In this document: positions 9,001 to 16,678 of the stretch, piece by piece | Layout of the letters: each line of letters starts with the position of its first letter | Position numbering within the stretch: the stretch's first letter is position 1 | Assembly: GCA_963932905.1 (NCBI GenBank) | Contig: CAWVRN010000003.1 | Coordinates: 32,001-96,000, forward strand | DNA length: 64,000 nucleotides | From: an uncultured Bdellovibrio sp. | Lineage (GTDB): Bacteria > Bdellovibrionota > Bdellovibrionia > Bdellovibrionales > Bdellovibrionaceae | Direction of reading: 5' to 3' | Translations under genes and position numbers: made by a program | Notes under the pieces: model-generated | The model's database searches: none | What the model was told of the DNA's origin: nothing | What the model saw: only the letters and a program-made list of their open reading frames with translations

Positions 9001-11008
9001 AGTAACCGAGTATAAGTATACTCAATCAGGTCAAATTTCGTACATTAGAGACCCTTTAAGCAACGAAACAATATTCAACTACAATGAAAAAGGTCTGCTC
9101 ACTAATAAGGTAGAACCGGGAAACAAAATATACAATTTTAACTATGATGCAAACGGCAACTTGGTATTCGAGTCCGATCCCAATGGCGTTACAAAGACTT
9201 ATACTATTGACGAACTCAATCAAATTGTAAAAATTAATTTGCCCGACGATGAATACAACTTTGCGTACTCAGCGAAAGGAGAATTGACTCTTGCTTCAAA
9301 TAACACCGCCACAATTTCGCAAAGTTTTGATACAAAGGGACGAATAGTATATAGCTCGACGAGCCTTGCCCCGAGTGTCGGCAACTACCCAAATGTTCCT
9401 ATTTCATATACGTACGATAAAAACGGAAATCGAGAAACTTTGAGATCAAGCGTTATCGGCTTAGATTATTTATACGACCAAACCAATCGCCTTGTAAGAA
9501 TTGACAATTCGAGCGGCGATCAATTTGCTTTTGAATATGACAATTCTAATCGCCTTACCAAAATTATGCGTCCAGGCACAATTACAGCTATTTCATATAA
9601 TTCTGACGATTCATTGGCCGCGATTGCTCACTCTAAACAAGGTGGCTTAATTGATCAAAATGTCTATTCGTACGATCAAAGGAACCTAACCACTCAAAAA
9701 AGAACAATCGCTGGAAGTGTCGACTATGGATATGACACTAACGGCCAACTTGTGTCTGCTAATTCTAATACCATAAGTGAAATCTTTTCGTACGATGAGA
9801 TTGGAAATCGAACTTCGGATAAAGTGGGCGCTTACACTTACGACTCTACTAAGCAAAATTTATTGAGGACATTGAGTAACGCCTACGCTAGTGACAACAA
9901 CGGAAATATTATTGAAAGATCTTCGCTGACGGGAAATCAAAATGAAAAATATATTTACAATTCATTGAATCAGCTAAAAGAATTGAAGATGTATTCCGGT
10001 TCATCTTTAGTAAAGACAATTAGATATTACTATGATCCCAAAGGTAGACGTGTTTTCAAGTCAGTTATTGACGAAGTGGACGGCTCAAAGTCTTTTTCTA
10101 GAGCCTATATATACGACGGTGAAAAGATTATTGCCGAATTTGACGGGTCTGGAAATCGACTTGCCACATACACTCATTCTGAGATTGGAAACGATGATAT
10201 ACTTGGGCTAGAAGTCTCTAACCAAGGAAAAATTTCAGGACTGGCAAAAAATCCCGGAAAATACTACTATCTAAAGGACCACTTAGGTTCAGTCGATTTG
10301 GTCACTGATAGTTCTGGTATAGTAGTTCAAAAATACTTGTACTCAGCTTTTGGTAAAATTGAAAAGATACTTGATGGAGGTAATACTGCGATCACCGACG
10401 CTCCGGTTGTTAACTCTTCATTTACATTTACTGGAAGAGAATTAGACTATGAATCAGGCTTGATGCACTATCGGACAAGGTATTATAGCCCCGAACTGGG
10501 GCGATTTATTCAGAAGGATTCATACGCTGGAAAAACTGAAAGTCCTGTTTCGATTTCCAACAGATATACATACGTTGAGAATAATCCAATAAAATATAAG
10601 GACCCTTCTGGAAGAATAAAAGATCCGTCAGATTTTACAAACGTGCATGGCGCCTACTGTGGCGCTACTGCAACCGGACAAACGCTAAATCAGTACGGAC
10701 AAATAGTGAATGTAGAACCCGAAGATTCACTCGACTGGGCCTGTATGAGCCATGATGAAGCTTACGCAACTAAGGAAATAGCTTTTAGTTCCCACATTAA
10801 CTACTCTCTAGGTCGAGTGGCGGGTGACTTAAATTTATTCTTGAATGGCGTCGCATTTATAACAATTAAGCCAGTAGATGGACTTCTAGTCGCGGGGGGC
10901 GGCGCGCTTTTTTTAAGCTATAGTTCCACAAGGGCCATCATGATCGATTTGCCTTTAAATTTTTGGTCTTCTTTGTTACAATTTATTGGGATTAAGGTTA
11001 ACCTCTAG
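3083..11008 (+). CDS. Giant secreted Ig-like/NHL/YD-repeat (Rhs, teneurin-like) polymorphic toxin with PLA2-like C-terminal domain
   Basis: Signal peptide; DxTxP/D.AGN Ig repeats; carboxypeptidase-regulatory-like segment (GIIKDTDGNPLPGATI); NHL repeats (LNNPQGMV, FNHPHGMV); YD repeats; Rhs core end (RYYSPELGRFIQKD...NPIKYKDPSG); tip HGAYCG...DSLDWACMSHDEAY. Confidence 0.9.
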   Translation: MYRLTAIAILLFAQFVLAQNTADQVVVFPDKTYRGSFKSVNQVTETISVTSDAIKNDFIIKMKNADGQNHENVVCAGGLLQKCSCGLKNLANLLYRTFFRVEYAEITWNGKKVVDANTFNRNVATLSVSVKPELSNSLVIKYKGLFTSYFSLGIYRPSSPKDTTAPTILTQLRSNTFTNQKSANVEIQDISNVTSTVSINGAVVKSSTAKSFTFDLVNGNNNIEIKSQDQFNNIASPVVISNVVLDQSNPSISLSSSDPVYVNSLPKTLAAQFISNEPLKSLLVNSNQVSLNESGKIGVYNFSILQSGANSVAVQATDLAGNVSNQNLSLSVILDNTSPAISFGIAEGTLTNQSLIVIPIKITEANDVHSIIKVNGVDVLRTGAKEFDFEASLLLEGENQVQVESTDIAGNISQSLILKIIKDSTQPVLSNIQPANNRRIDRLVFSVTGRANEKLDQINVNGLALTLDANRVNFSGTYVAAKNGTEELLFSATDLAGNKTEIRNTIQIDNRLLIPELVSISPSPDRLHLNIIGAAGSVRSEISVSASSGLLGFYSDSTTSTVDGSFILKLPPFSTATLKVKDQQNNEETTLTLSYEIGTRLSGIIKDTDGNPLPGATIRISSYDGSVLSDSSGVFSIASPATGDQTLTVDGSTIAQSVTGPSRKFSTTQIQINIGLGQENVLERPIYLAPLILNGSETTIIAGESATVKNPLAAGVQLDIPANSTVFPGGGSSGSINIASIDANKSTVPVLANVVPDKVIALEPSGLKFQQRVPVTLPNDSDFPAGVEMFILSMDSSKGIWEVDGMAKVSEDGRSIETKPGQGISHFSLIYAAPAKPVLAAVDNPKQAGIDISQGSLSSSFSLPSWKSLGVSIAPSLIYKSNWANPTAYVSNYIDVPRQEYTASYADSGSVSSIEAIKGRYCDTVLGVPVKCYNTYDEYVLSVEYKNTAEVSTWYQPDSIKSQFFIGDLASNIIEYIDNSTPNYENTGSSNIPGSLFAGGFGSNITNYTGIPNRSMISYAVPLKYSTTGEYLPSGVYPSLARYELKIKNLTIRSSTEYEAYSVKFVDDKFREANQSNVILTNKSTTTKSSQVLDQIFPSDVLAPLLVQNKVKSPAGRGWHLGLTQNILNPGGNRVLVEEASGELSTYSVSNTISTIYNSSTTGVDTKSAIDFSQWPKAVALYRNSSKENYFVELDLSSSSPILSTLEKIEQYSGYFTYSPYYTGACSADPSSSSPISDVTYSYKTQNDPTSIIRFQNGAIYAVSQRDHSLYQIQSGVNTYLIENRTAALPTNSAKTVAQIESECLSISGQPCDTRVKRTYSCANPDDTEFPFRSISFYRPQQAITQGIPGSVRGEFTNAFASTLAQADLNNPQGMVVSPDGFLVIADSGNNMVRKVDLTNNQISTIAGDGSNIDQINEDSPLVSGIFHPQSVVYDLNKNLYILTENGYIRKINSQGKISSFAGLPLSQGGVRSDQAPMQQMAFNHPHGMVFDNVNQYLYVADTDNHRVVRIDLKTQMATNVAGGTCIDSEVSDNGPALGTSLCSPKYIGLDSNQNLIIVDSGHNRIRKVNFNFSTTGALAFLPSAKDGSNLYRYNDGSWSRTLRNGTITYFNIDGQEIKTIDRVGNAISYEYNSQKKLTKITDAVNQVTVLNYSGDLLSSITDPAGRTTSFNVSSGKLTSVTFPDSSVKSFEYDDNGLMTKETNQNGFSKKYAYNQFNRLASVTDEQNQVTEVNDVLSSSMSNNYTGGNVGQLNNQGSGASQLHDRVVDAKSIETEITKDFNGLITKIKDGKGQITSIERDIEGYTKKVVFPDLSEVTLEYDPATKDLLKTTDTGTGISKSRLFNSFGQIVSITDGRGFTQTRQYDPSTGLLTQETLPSSQIFKYTYTNSGQLASTTKAPIVGVNNITLFEYDSFGNKSRTIFPDGRSESYLYDNAGNMTQKLLQINASVQEITKYQYDKFNRIVKVISPKNEVTEYKYTQSGQISYIRDPLSNETIFNYNEKGLLTNKVEPGNKIYNFNYDANGNLVFESDPNGVTKTYTIDELNQIVKINLPDDEYNFAYSAKGELTLASNNTATISQSFDTKGRIVYSSTSLAPSVGNYPNVPISYTYDKNGNRETLRSSVIGLDYLYDQTNRLVRIDNSSGDQFAFEYDNSNRLTKIMRPGTITAISYNSDDSLAAIAHSKQGGLIDQNVYSYDQRNLTTQKRTIAGSVDYGYDTNGQLVSANSNTISEIFSYDEIGNRTSDKVGAYTYDSTKQNLLRTLSNAYASDNNGNIIERSSLTGNQNEKYIYNSLNQLKELKMYSGSSLVKTIRYYYDPKGRRVFKSVIDEVDGSKSFSRAYIYDGEKIIAEFDGSGNRLATYTHSEIGNDDILGLEVSNQGKISGLAKNPGKYYYLKDHLGSVDLVTDSSGIVVQKYLYSAFGKIEKILDGGNTAITDAPVVNSSFTFTGRELDYESGLMHYRTRYYSPELGRFIQKDSYAGKTESPVSISNRYTYVENNPIKYKDPSGRIKDPSDFTNVHGAYCGATATGQTLNQYGQIVNVEPEDSLDWACMSHDEAYATKEIAFSSHINYSLGRVAGDLNLFLNGVAFITIKPVDGLLVAGGGALFLSYSSTRAIMIDLPLNFWSSLLQFIGIKVNL

Positions 11009-11014
11009 AGGTAA

Positions 11015-11641
11015 ATGAAAAAAATAAGATTTATAGCAATATTTTTGACAGTTTTATTTTTCGAGTTGGTTCACGCAAATAGCTTGAAAATAGCCGTTGA
11101 ACGGAACGCTCCATTGATTGGCGGTTCTAGCTCAAATAGAGATTTTCTCCAAAGTTCGGGGACACGCTCTGACATATTTCATGCATCCTACTTTTTCGGG
11201 GAAACAAACGGTTTCTATTTTGGTTTTAACTACTCTAAAGAATATTCTAAATACACACAACCCCAAACCCTGTCTCGACCATTCGCTGAGTTTTCTTCTA
11301 CCTTCACAAGCATTGGCCCCGAGATTGGTTTATGGATACAGCCATCAGAATTAATTGTGCTAGAATCCGGAATCAGTATTGGAACAGGTGGCTTTAAGTT
11401 TAGTAATTCTGAGTTAGGAGTATCAGCCTCACAAAATCCCCTAAAAATTGATTTTCATGTTGGGGCCGTGCATCCTTCTGATATTTTGGGATCACAAATA
11501 CGTCTAGATTTTTTTACTAAATTTGGAGGATATGTTGTTCAGTTGAAAGAATTTACCTATAACGATATTACTTACACACAATCTGAACTTGAGTTGAAAT
11601 ACTACATTTATATTAGTGTCGGATTGGGCCTAAGATTTTAG
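11015..11641 (+). CDS. Small outer-membrane beta-barrel-like protein, paralog 1
   Basis: Signal peptide, alternating aromatic strands, C-terminal ISVGLGLRF (BAM-type terminal Phe). Confidence 0.7.
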   Translation: MKKIRFIAIFLTVLFFELVHANSLKIAVERNAPLIGGSSSNRDFLQSSGTRSDIFHASYFFGETNGFYFGFNYSKEYSKYTQPQTLSRPFAEFSSTFTSIGPEIGLWIQPSELIVLESGISIGTGGFKFSNSELGVSASQNPLKIDFHVGAVHPSDILGSQIRLDFFTKFGGYVVQLKEFTYNDITYTQSELELKYYIYISVGLGLRF

Positions 11642-11676
11642 TAAAATTTAAATCTGTTGAGCTTAAGGTAAAACTA

Positions 11677-12309
11677 TTGGTGAATAAATTCGATCTTTTT
11701 TCGATTATCGGTATAACTCTGATTGCGACCTTGGCTTACTCCGCTGAAGTCAAATTTACTGCTGAAAAAATTATTCCGTTTATAGGGGGTTCTGACTACA
11801 ATAGAGATAATTTACAGAAATCTGGTCTTGTGAAGGTTGATCAGATCGGTGCATACTATTTTTTTGGCGAAGGCAAAGGTTTATATTTAGGCTTAATTAA
11901 CTCCAGTGAAAAAGCTGAATATACACAGTTTGAATCAAACGCCAGGCCGTATGGACATTTTTCATCAAGTTTCTCAAGTTTAGGTACTGATTTTGGCCTC
12001 TGGGTGCAGCCATCCGATATTCTCAGAATAGAAGGCGGCTTGGGGATAAGCCAGGGCACCTTCGAAATATCTGATTCTTCGTCCACAATCTCAAAACAAC
12101 CAAATACTAAAAAGTTAGATGTTCACTTTAGTTTTATATACCCGACTAATTTTTTAAGCCCCGATGTAAATATAGATTTATTTGTAAAGTTAGGATATTA
12201 TAAAGTTTTTATCAGCGATTTTAACTATAATGGGGTATCCTACTCCGCTCCTGAAATAAATTTAAAAACATATCTCTATCTCAGTTTTGGAGTGGGAGTT
12301 AGATTTTAG
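11677..12309 (+). CDS. Small outer-membrane beta-barrel-like protein, paralog 2
   Basis: Collinear with paralog 1 (P.IGGS..NRD.LQ.SG; FFGE..G.Y.G; GLW.QPS); ends LSFGVGVRF. Confidence 0.7.
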   Translation: MVNKFDLFSIIGITLIATLAYSAEVKFTAEKIIPFIGGSDYNRDNLQKSGLVKVDQIGAYYFFGEGKGLYLGLINSSEKAEYTQFESNARPYGHFSSSFSSLGTDFGLWVQPSDILRIEGGLGISQGTFEISDSSSTISKQPNTKKLDVHFSFIYPTNFLSPDVNIDLFVKLGYYKVFISDFNYNGVSYSAPEINLKTYLYLSFGVGVRF

Positions 12310-12396
12310 CTTTCTTGTTTAGAAGAACAGGAGCGCGAGTTTTCAAAACTTAGTGGTTACAGTTGAAGGGCATTTGATGTTGGTATTTAGGAAAAC

Positions 12397-13020
12397 ATGA
12401 TGGCAACTAGACTAGCCGTTATGATACTACTTGCTTGTTACGACTTTTCATTTGGCGGAGCTTACAAGGTGTCTATCCACACCGGCCAACCCGTATTTGG
12501 TGGTTTTTCGAAAGATTCGGAATCATTGAGGAATGGAGGCTCAAAAACTAAAGAATACCAAGTTTCGTATTTGCACGGTGAAAATAATGGCATTTTAATT
12601 GGAGTAATGAGAGGAATTGAATTCAGTAAATATGTTCAATTTACAACTACAAGTCGTCAATATGGAAAGTACTCCTCCAATTATCAGTATGATGGCATTG
12701 CAATAGGATACTGGCATAGTGTTAACCCGACTTTCAGATTTGAAACCGGATTAAATTACGGTGTTGGAAGCTTTGAATTTAATTTAGAAAATATAGACCC
12801 CATCATTCTAAATGATATTAGAATAACAAATTTGTTTTGGAATGGTATCTATCCCTATTCGTTTTTTAACGAGCAATTTAAAATAGATTTCATTGGTTCC
12901 ATGGGACTATACAAAATAAATGTGCCCGACTTTAGCTACAACCAAATTAGTTTTACTCAATCAGATTTAATGCAAAAATTATATTTTTATATGTCAATTG
13001 GAATAGGTTTTAGATTTTAG
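12397..13020 (+). CDS. Small outer-membrane beta-barrel-like protein, paralog 3 (more diverged)
   Basis: Same length and motifs (PVFGG, SKYVQF, DFSYN); ends MSIGIGFRF. Confidence 0.7.
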   Translation: MMATRLAVMILLACYDFSFGGAYKVSIHTGQPVFGGFSKDSESLRNGGSKTKEYQVSYLHGENNGILIGVMRGIEFSKYVQFTTTSRQYGKYSSNYQYDGIAIGYWHSVNPTFRFETGLNYGVGSFEFNLENIDPIILNDIRITNLFWNGIYPYSFFNEQFKIDFIGSMGLYKINVPDFSYNQISFTQSDLMQKLYFYMSIGIGFRF

Positions 13021-13224
13021 AACACTTCTGTCGCTTGAAAACTGATGTCTTTCAGCGCTGATGTATAATTCTGGAAATATTTTGGCATCGATAGTTCGTT
13101 CGAACTCAGAAGCTCTATAAGCAATTCATGCAAAGAAAGGACATGTTTATGCCTCATTCATTTTCAAGCATACAGGAAGCAAATCAATAATGAGTGGATC
13201 GCATGGAAGCCAAATCTTAAAGAA

Positions 13225-13788
13225 ATGGAACGCTACAACCAAAAAAATAAAGAATTACCAGAGCGCTACTTAGCACGATGGCATTGGTCTCCGAGCTGGG
13301 CGTCGCAGTTAAAGTTTCCAATTATTATAAAAAAAGAATGGAAATCAGATCCATTCTTTGATGGCAGCGGAAGTTTTCACTATCACGCTATTATGACTAA
13401 CGAAGATTTAACTAAAAACAGCTATCAAGATATTTACGAGCGTTACGCTCAGCGGGCCAATATGGAGAACTTCATCAAAGAAGCTAAAATGAACTTTGAT
13501 GCCTATCATTTGCCGTGCTTAAGCTTTAAAGCCAACCATGCATTTTTGTTATTGCTTCTCACTGCGTTTAATCTACTTCGTTGGATTTCAGTGATCACAA
13601 AACCAGAGAAGCCGCACTATGCAAAAAAACTACGTCGTAGTTTTATTTTTCAAGCCGGAAAAATTCAGCTTAGATCCAGACAAGTCTTTCTAAAGGTATC
13701 AGAAAAGTATTTCAAGGAGGTGCAAAGACTAAAAGAGGCATGGGAATCACAGCCGATAAGAATTTTCCCACAGTTCTCCACAGCATAA
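13225..13788 (+). pseudogene. IS1380-family DDE transposase, C-terminal remnant
   Basis: Y..R...EN.IKE.K motif (YAQRANMENFIKEAK), then SFKANHAFL..AFNL and LRR.FI...GK; the N-terminal half is missing. Confidence 0.8.
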
Positions 13789-14015
13789 CTATGTCAGTCT
13801 GTGGATAAAAGTTAGATCCTTGAAAACCTAAATACGGAATCGGAAATATTTTTTTGATTTTGAATTTGGAGTGGACAAGGGTTTGAACCCACGAACGCTT
13901 AACATAACTAGGTTATACCACCATGAGCTTTGACGAAGGCTCGTAAAAATACTATTGTCCGCGCGATCCTGACGATGAGCACATCGCCTGTAAGTCCACT
14001 CATCTAAGAGGTTTT

Positions 14016-14031
14016 ACTGTCGAATTTTGGG
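14016..14031. mobile_element. Probable right terminal repeat of the IS1380 remnant (ACTGTCGAATTTTGGG)
   Basis: Resembles IS1380-family ends (...GAATTTAGG-like) and lies ~230 bp after the transposase; the left end was not found. Confidence 0.35.
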
Positions 14032-14121
14032 CATGACAGGGCCTCCTCGTTGCCTTCGGCAACGCTGGAACATTTAAATTTTCAAATTTTTAAAATTTCT
14101 ATATTTTTTTGCTCAGCAGAA

Positions 14122-14145
14122 TTCAGATCTGGGTTCAGATCTGGG
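14122..14145. repeat. Perfect tandem 12-mer TTCAGATCTGGG x2 (integrase arm-type-like)
   Basis: Read directly, ~80 bp beyond the integrase stop codon. Confidence 0.7.
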
Positions 14146-14226
14146 CCTAAAGGGAAAAATGGTTGCAGGGAAATCCTGCTTGTCTTTTCATATAGTTACA
14201 CAATTTTGGCAGGGAATGGAAGGGTT

Positions 14227-15381
14227 TTATTTTGCCACCCTCGCGAGTGGCAAAATATCAGCATTCTTCGTCGATGGAACCTTAATTTGCAGCTTGTCCG
14301 TTGTGCCCATGAGTTCAGCACCCGATGAAACAAAGTATTCGTTTGTGGTAGCAATACGAGCGTGCCCAGCACTCTCCATTGTTACTCCTAGCGATACACC
14401 GTCGTTTAACATCAAAGTAATATAAGTTGACCTTAACTGGTGGTGCCGAATCTCTCGAATACCAATTTTTTTACAAAACTCTCGTAAAACTTGAGCTTGT
14501 CGTCCTTTTTCCCAGCCCAGGTTCTCAATCTCTATTACAAATTCGCTTTTAGCTCTTAATTTATATAAGCTCAAAAAAGGCATAATGAAAATAGGTATTG
14601 GAACCATCCTATCATTCCCATTTTTCAGTTTGTTAACAATTCCCTCTTTGGGTTTCTTCTGCCTACATAAGTGAGCCAGTCGCGTATTAAAATCTACATC
14701 CGACCATTTAAGACCAGCTAACTCGCTTCTTCGGAGACCTAAAGTCAAAGTTAGCAGCCAGATTAAAAAGAAAGGATGATTTTCCCGCTGTGCTTCAGAC
14801 AGTAGTTTTTCAACTTCTGAATGATTCAAAGCCGCCTTTTTCCTTTTTGGCCTACGACGATTCTTTAAATGAGCCATTGAATTGACTTTTAAAAAACCAG
14901 CTTCATGGGCAAAAACAAAAATGCATTTTACTTCTTTCTGTATATCATAGGCCCTCGACTCAGAGATCTTGCCTTCCTTAAGACGAGCATCGATATCTGA
15001 TTTAACAAATAACGGAGTAATTAGATCCAGTTTCTTAGAATTCCAATCGACCAAATGTTTTAAGCAGCCATTCTTATTTTCTATCGTTGCTGGACTCATA
15101 CCATTTATATTTTCTGGTGTTCGCTTATTTTGCTCCAACTTTTCTCTGTAATACTCGACAAGCTTCTGCCAGTTCTCAATCGTAGGGATATCCGGTCTTT
15201 CATAACGACACTGATGCCACAGCTGTTTGTATATCAATTCGGCTTTAGGGCGAGACTCTATTCCTCTTTTTTTTCTTTGTACCCTTTCGCCTGTATACTC
15301 ATTAATAGCTTCAGCCATAACCGTGTACACAGTTTTAAAAATTCCAGTCTTTACTTCCTTTTTTGAAATTGAAATTGCCAT
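14227..15381 (-). CDS. int: Tyrosine recombinase/integrase
   Basis: GLRRSEL (R), K, H-x-x-R (HQLR), GH and Y (GHARIATTNEY) catalytic set. Confidence 0.95.
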   Translation of the reverse strand: MAISISKKEVKTGIFKTVYTVMAEAINEYTGERVQRKKRGIESRPKAELIYKQLWHQCRYERPDIPTIENWQKLVEYYREKLEQNKRTPENINGMSPATIENKNGCLKHLVDWNSKKLDLITPLFVKSDIDARLKEGKISESRAYDIQKEVKCIFVFAHEAGFLKVNSMAHLKNRRRPKRKKAALNHSEVEKLLSEAQRENHPFFLIWLLTLTLGLRRSELAGLKWSDVDFNTRLAHLCRQKKPKEGIVNKLKNGNDRMVPIPIFIMPFLSLYKLRAKSEFVIEIENLGWEKGRQAQVLREFCKKIGIREIRHHQLRSTYITLMLNDGVSLGVTMESAGHARIATTNEYFVSSGAELMGTTDKLQIKVPSTKNADILPLARVAK

Positions 15382-15618
15382 TTAACCTCCTTGGATTAAA
15401 GAGACTATTTCTTTTTTCTTAAAACGAAGACTTTTCCCAAATAACCTGTATGACTTCAGTTTACCTTGATACACCCATTTCCGTATTTGTTTTGGAGATG
15501 TCCTCAAAAACTCAGCCACTTCTTTTGTGTTTAACCATATGCAATTTTCAAAGAGCATTTCTGACGATGATTTATTTTTATCAACGTCGTTGTTCGTTCT
15601 ATTTATATCGAATTTCAT
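15382..15618 (-). CDS. Excisionase-like HTH_17 DNA-binding protein
   Basis: WLNTKEVAEFLRTSPKQIRKWVYQGKLKSYR..LRF; abuts int. Confidence 0.85.
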   Translation of the reverse strand: MKFDINRTNNDVDKNKSSSEMLFENCIWLNTKEVAEFLRTSPKQIRKWVYQGKLKSYRLFGKSLRFKKKEIVSLIQGG

Positions 15619-15699
15619 TAAAAAAATCTATTTTAATTTTTTCAAATAAAATTTCAGATGCAATGCTCGTAATATCCAATAATCCATTTTTAACCATCA

Positions 15700-16062
15700 C
15701 TATTGCGAACTCTTCTCTACGGAATCTACTTTTAAATCCGCTTTAGCAGTACTGACAGAATCGCCTTTTGATTTCCGGCGAGGCGGCTTACTCATTGCGC
15801 TTGCAGCAAGCGATTCTCTAAGAGCCGCAATCAGTTCATCGTTGCTGGCGCTTCTTTTTAAATTCTCGCGCACAAGTTTTGATAAATTGGTAAACGCTTT
15901 AATCATAAATGGTTTTGAGGATTCAAAATGATTTGAGCTAAACTCGCGGACAATCCAAGATGTAATCTCCGAAGGGGTTACACTCACCCCTTTATTGGTT
16001 TTTAATTCTTTGGCCATCTGTTTTAAATCATTAGCGGCATCACTCGATAATATGACTCGCAT
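15700..16062 (-). CDS. Putative ribbon-helix-helix DNA-binding protein
   Basis: N-terminal strand RVIL, helix, then T-P-S-E-I helix pattern. Confidence 0.45.
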   Translation of the reverse strand: MRVILSSDAANDLKQMAKELKTNKGVSVTPSEITSWIVREFSSNHFESSKPFMIKAFTNLSKLVRENLKRSASNDELIAALRESLAASAMSKPPRRKSKGDSVSTAKADLKVDSVEKSSQ

Positions 16063-16068
16063 CAGATT

Positions 16069-16539
16069 TTACTTACCACCAGAGGGTTTCTTTTTGTGCC
16101 GCTTTGCCCACTCGGGTCGTTCAACAATAACTGATTCGCAGTGAGCCTCGATCAGCTTGTTTCCCCTGACGTCAGAATCAAAGCACTGCGTTTCAACCCT
16201 TGGTTGAGTCACAAAGTAGTCGCTTGGATCATCTTCACCGCTGGCAATACTCGGACGAGATACATTGAATCGATCTAGATTTAATAATGTTTCCTGACGA
16301 ACACGATTGTCCCTGTCTTCAAGACTTCCATGAATAAAATAACTTGTGGCAAGGCCAACGACCGCTCCAATCATAGCACCGTTGTTTTTGGCGTTATCAT
16401 TGTCCCTATCGATTTGGCTATTAAGTACCGCTCCACTGATGGCACCAATACCGGTACCTAGTAATAATGATTCTTTCATTGTTGCACATCCCATTAGTGA
16501 TATTACACTAATGCCCACTATTTGATTTCGTAATTTCAT
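16069..16539 (-). CDS. Lipoprotein with glycine zipper; TraV/VirB7-like
   Basis: Lipobox LMGC; GxxxG zipper; C-terminal P.V....D..G..L......V...W pattern reminiscent of TraV. Confidence 0.55.
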   Translation of the reverse strand: MKLRNQIVGISVISLMGCATMKESLLLGTGIGAISGAVLNSQIDRDNDNAKNNGAMIGAVVGLATSYFIHGSLEDRDNRVRQETLLNLDRFNVSRPSIASGEDDPSDYFVTQPRVETQCFDSDVRGNKLIEAHCESVIVERPEWAKRHKKKPSGGK

Positions 16540-16635
16540 AATTCTCCTTATAGAATTTTAAATTCCTTATATTTAAAACTGACTCTAACTTTTGCTTGTC
16601 AGTTGCTCGCTATTTCAATTATTTATAGCGCGTTC

Positions 16636-16666
16636 ACTAGCGGCGCGCCGTAACTACGCCGCTAGT
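16636..16666. repeat. GC-rich nested inverted repeat (candidate oriT)
   Basis: ACTAGCGGCG-N11-CGCCGCTAGT, overlapping the palindrome CGGCGCGCCG (16641-16650); next to the relaxase. Confidence 0.55.
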
Positions 16667-16678
16667 AAATTCAGCTTG

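Noticed and set aside
13800..13808. Perfect DnaA box TGTGGATAA
   Set aside because: Single box within an IS remnant; no box cluster or dnaA context to support an origin.
13867..13894. tRNA-3'-like string on the minus strand (GGGTTCAAACCC...CTCCA) near the integrase
   Set aside because: The T-stem pairs poorly, there is no anticodon arm, and it falls inside the presumed IS1380 remnant.
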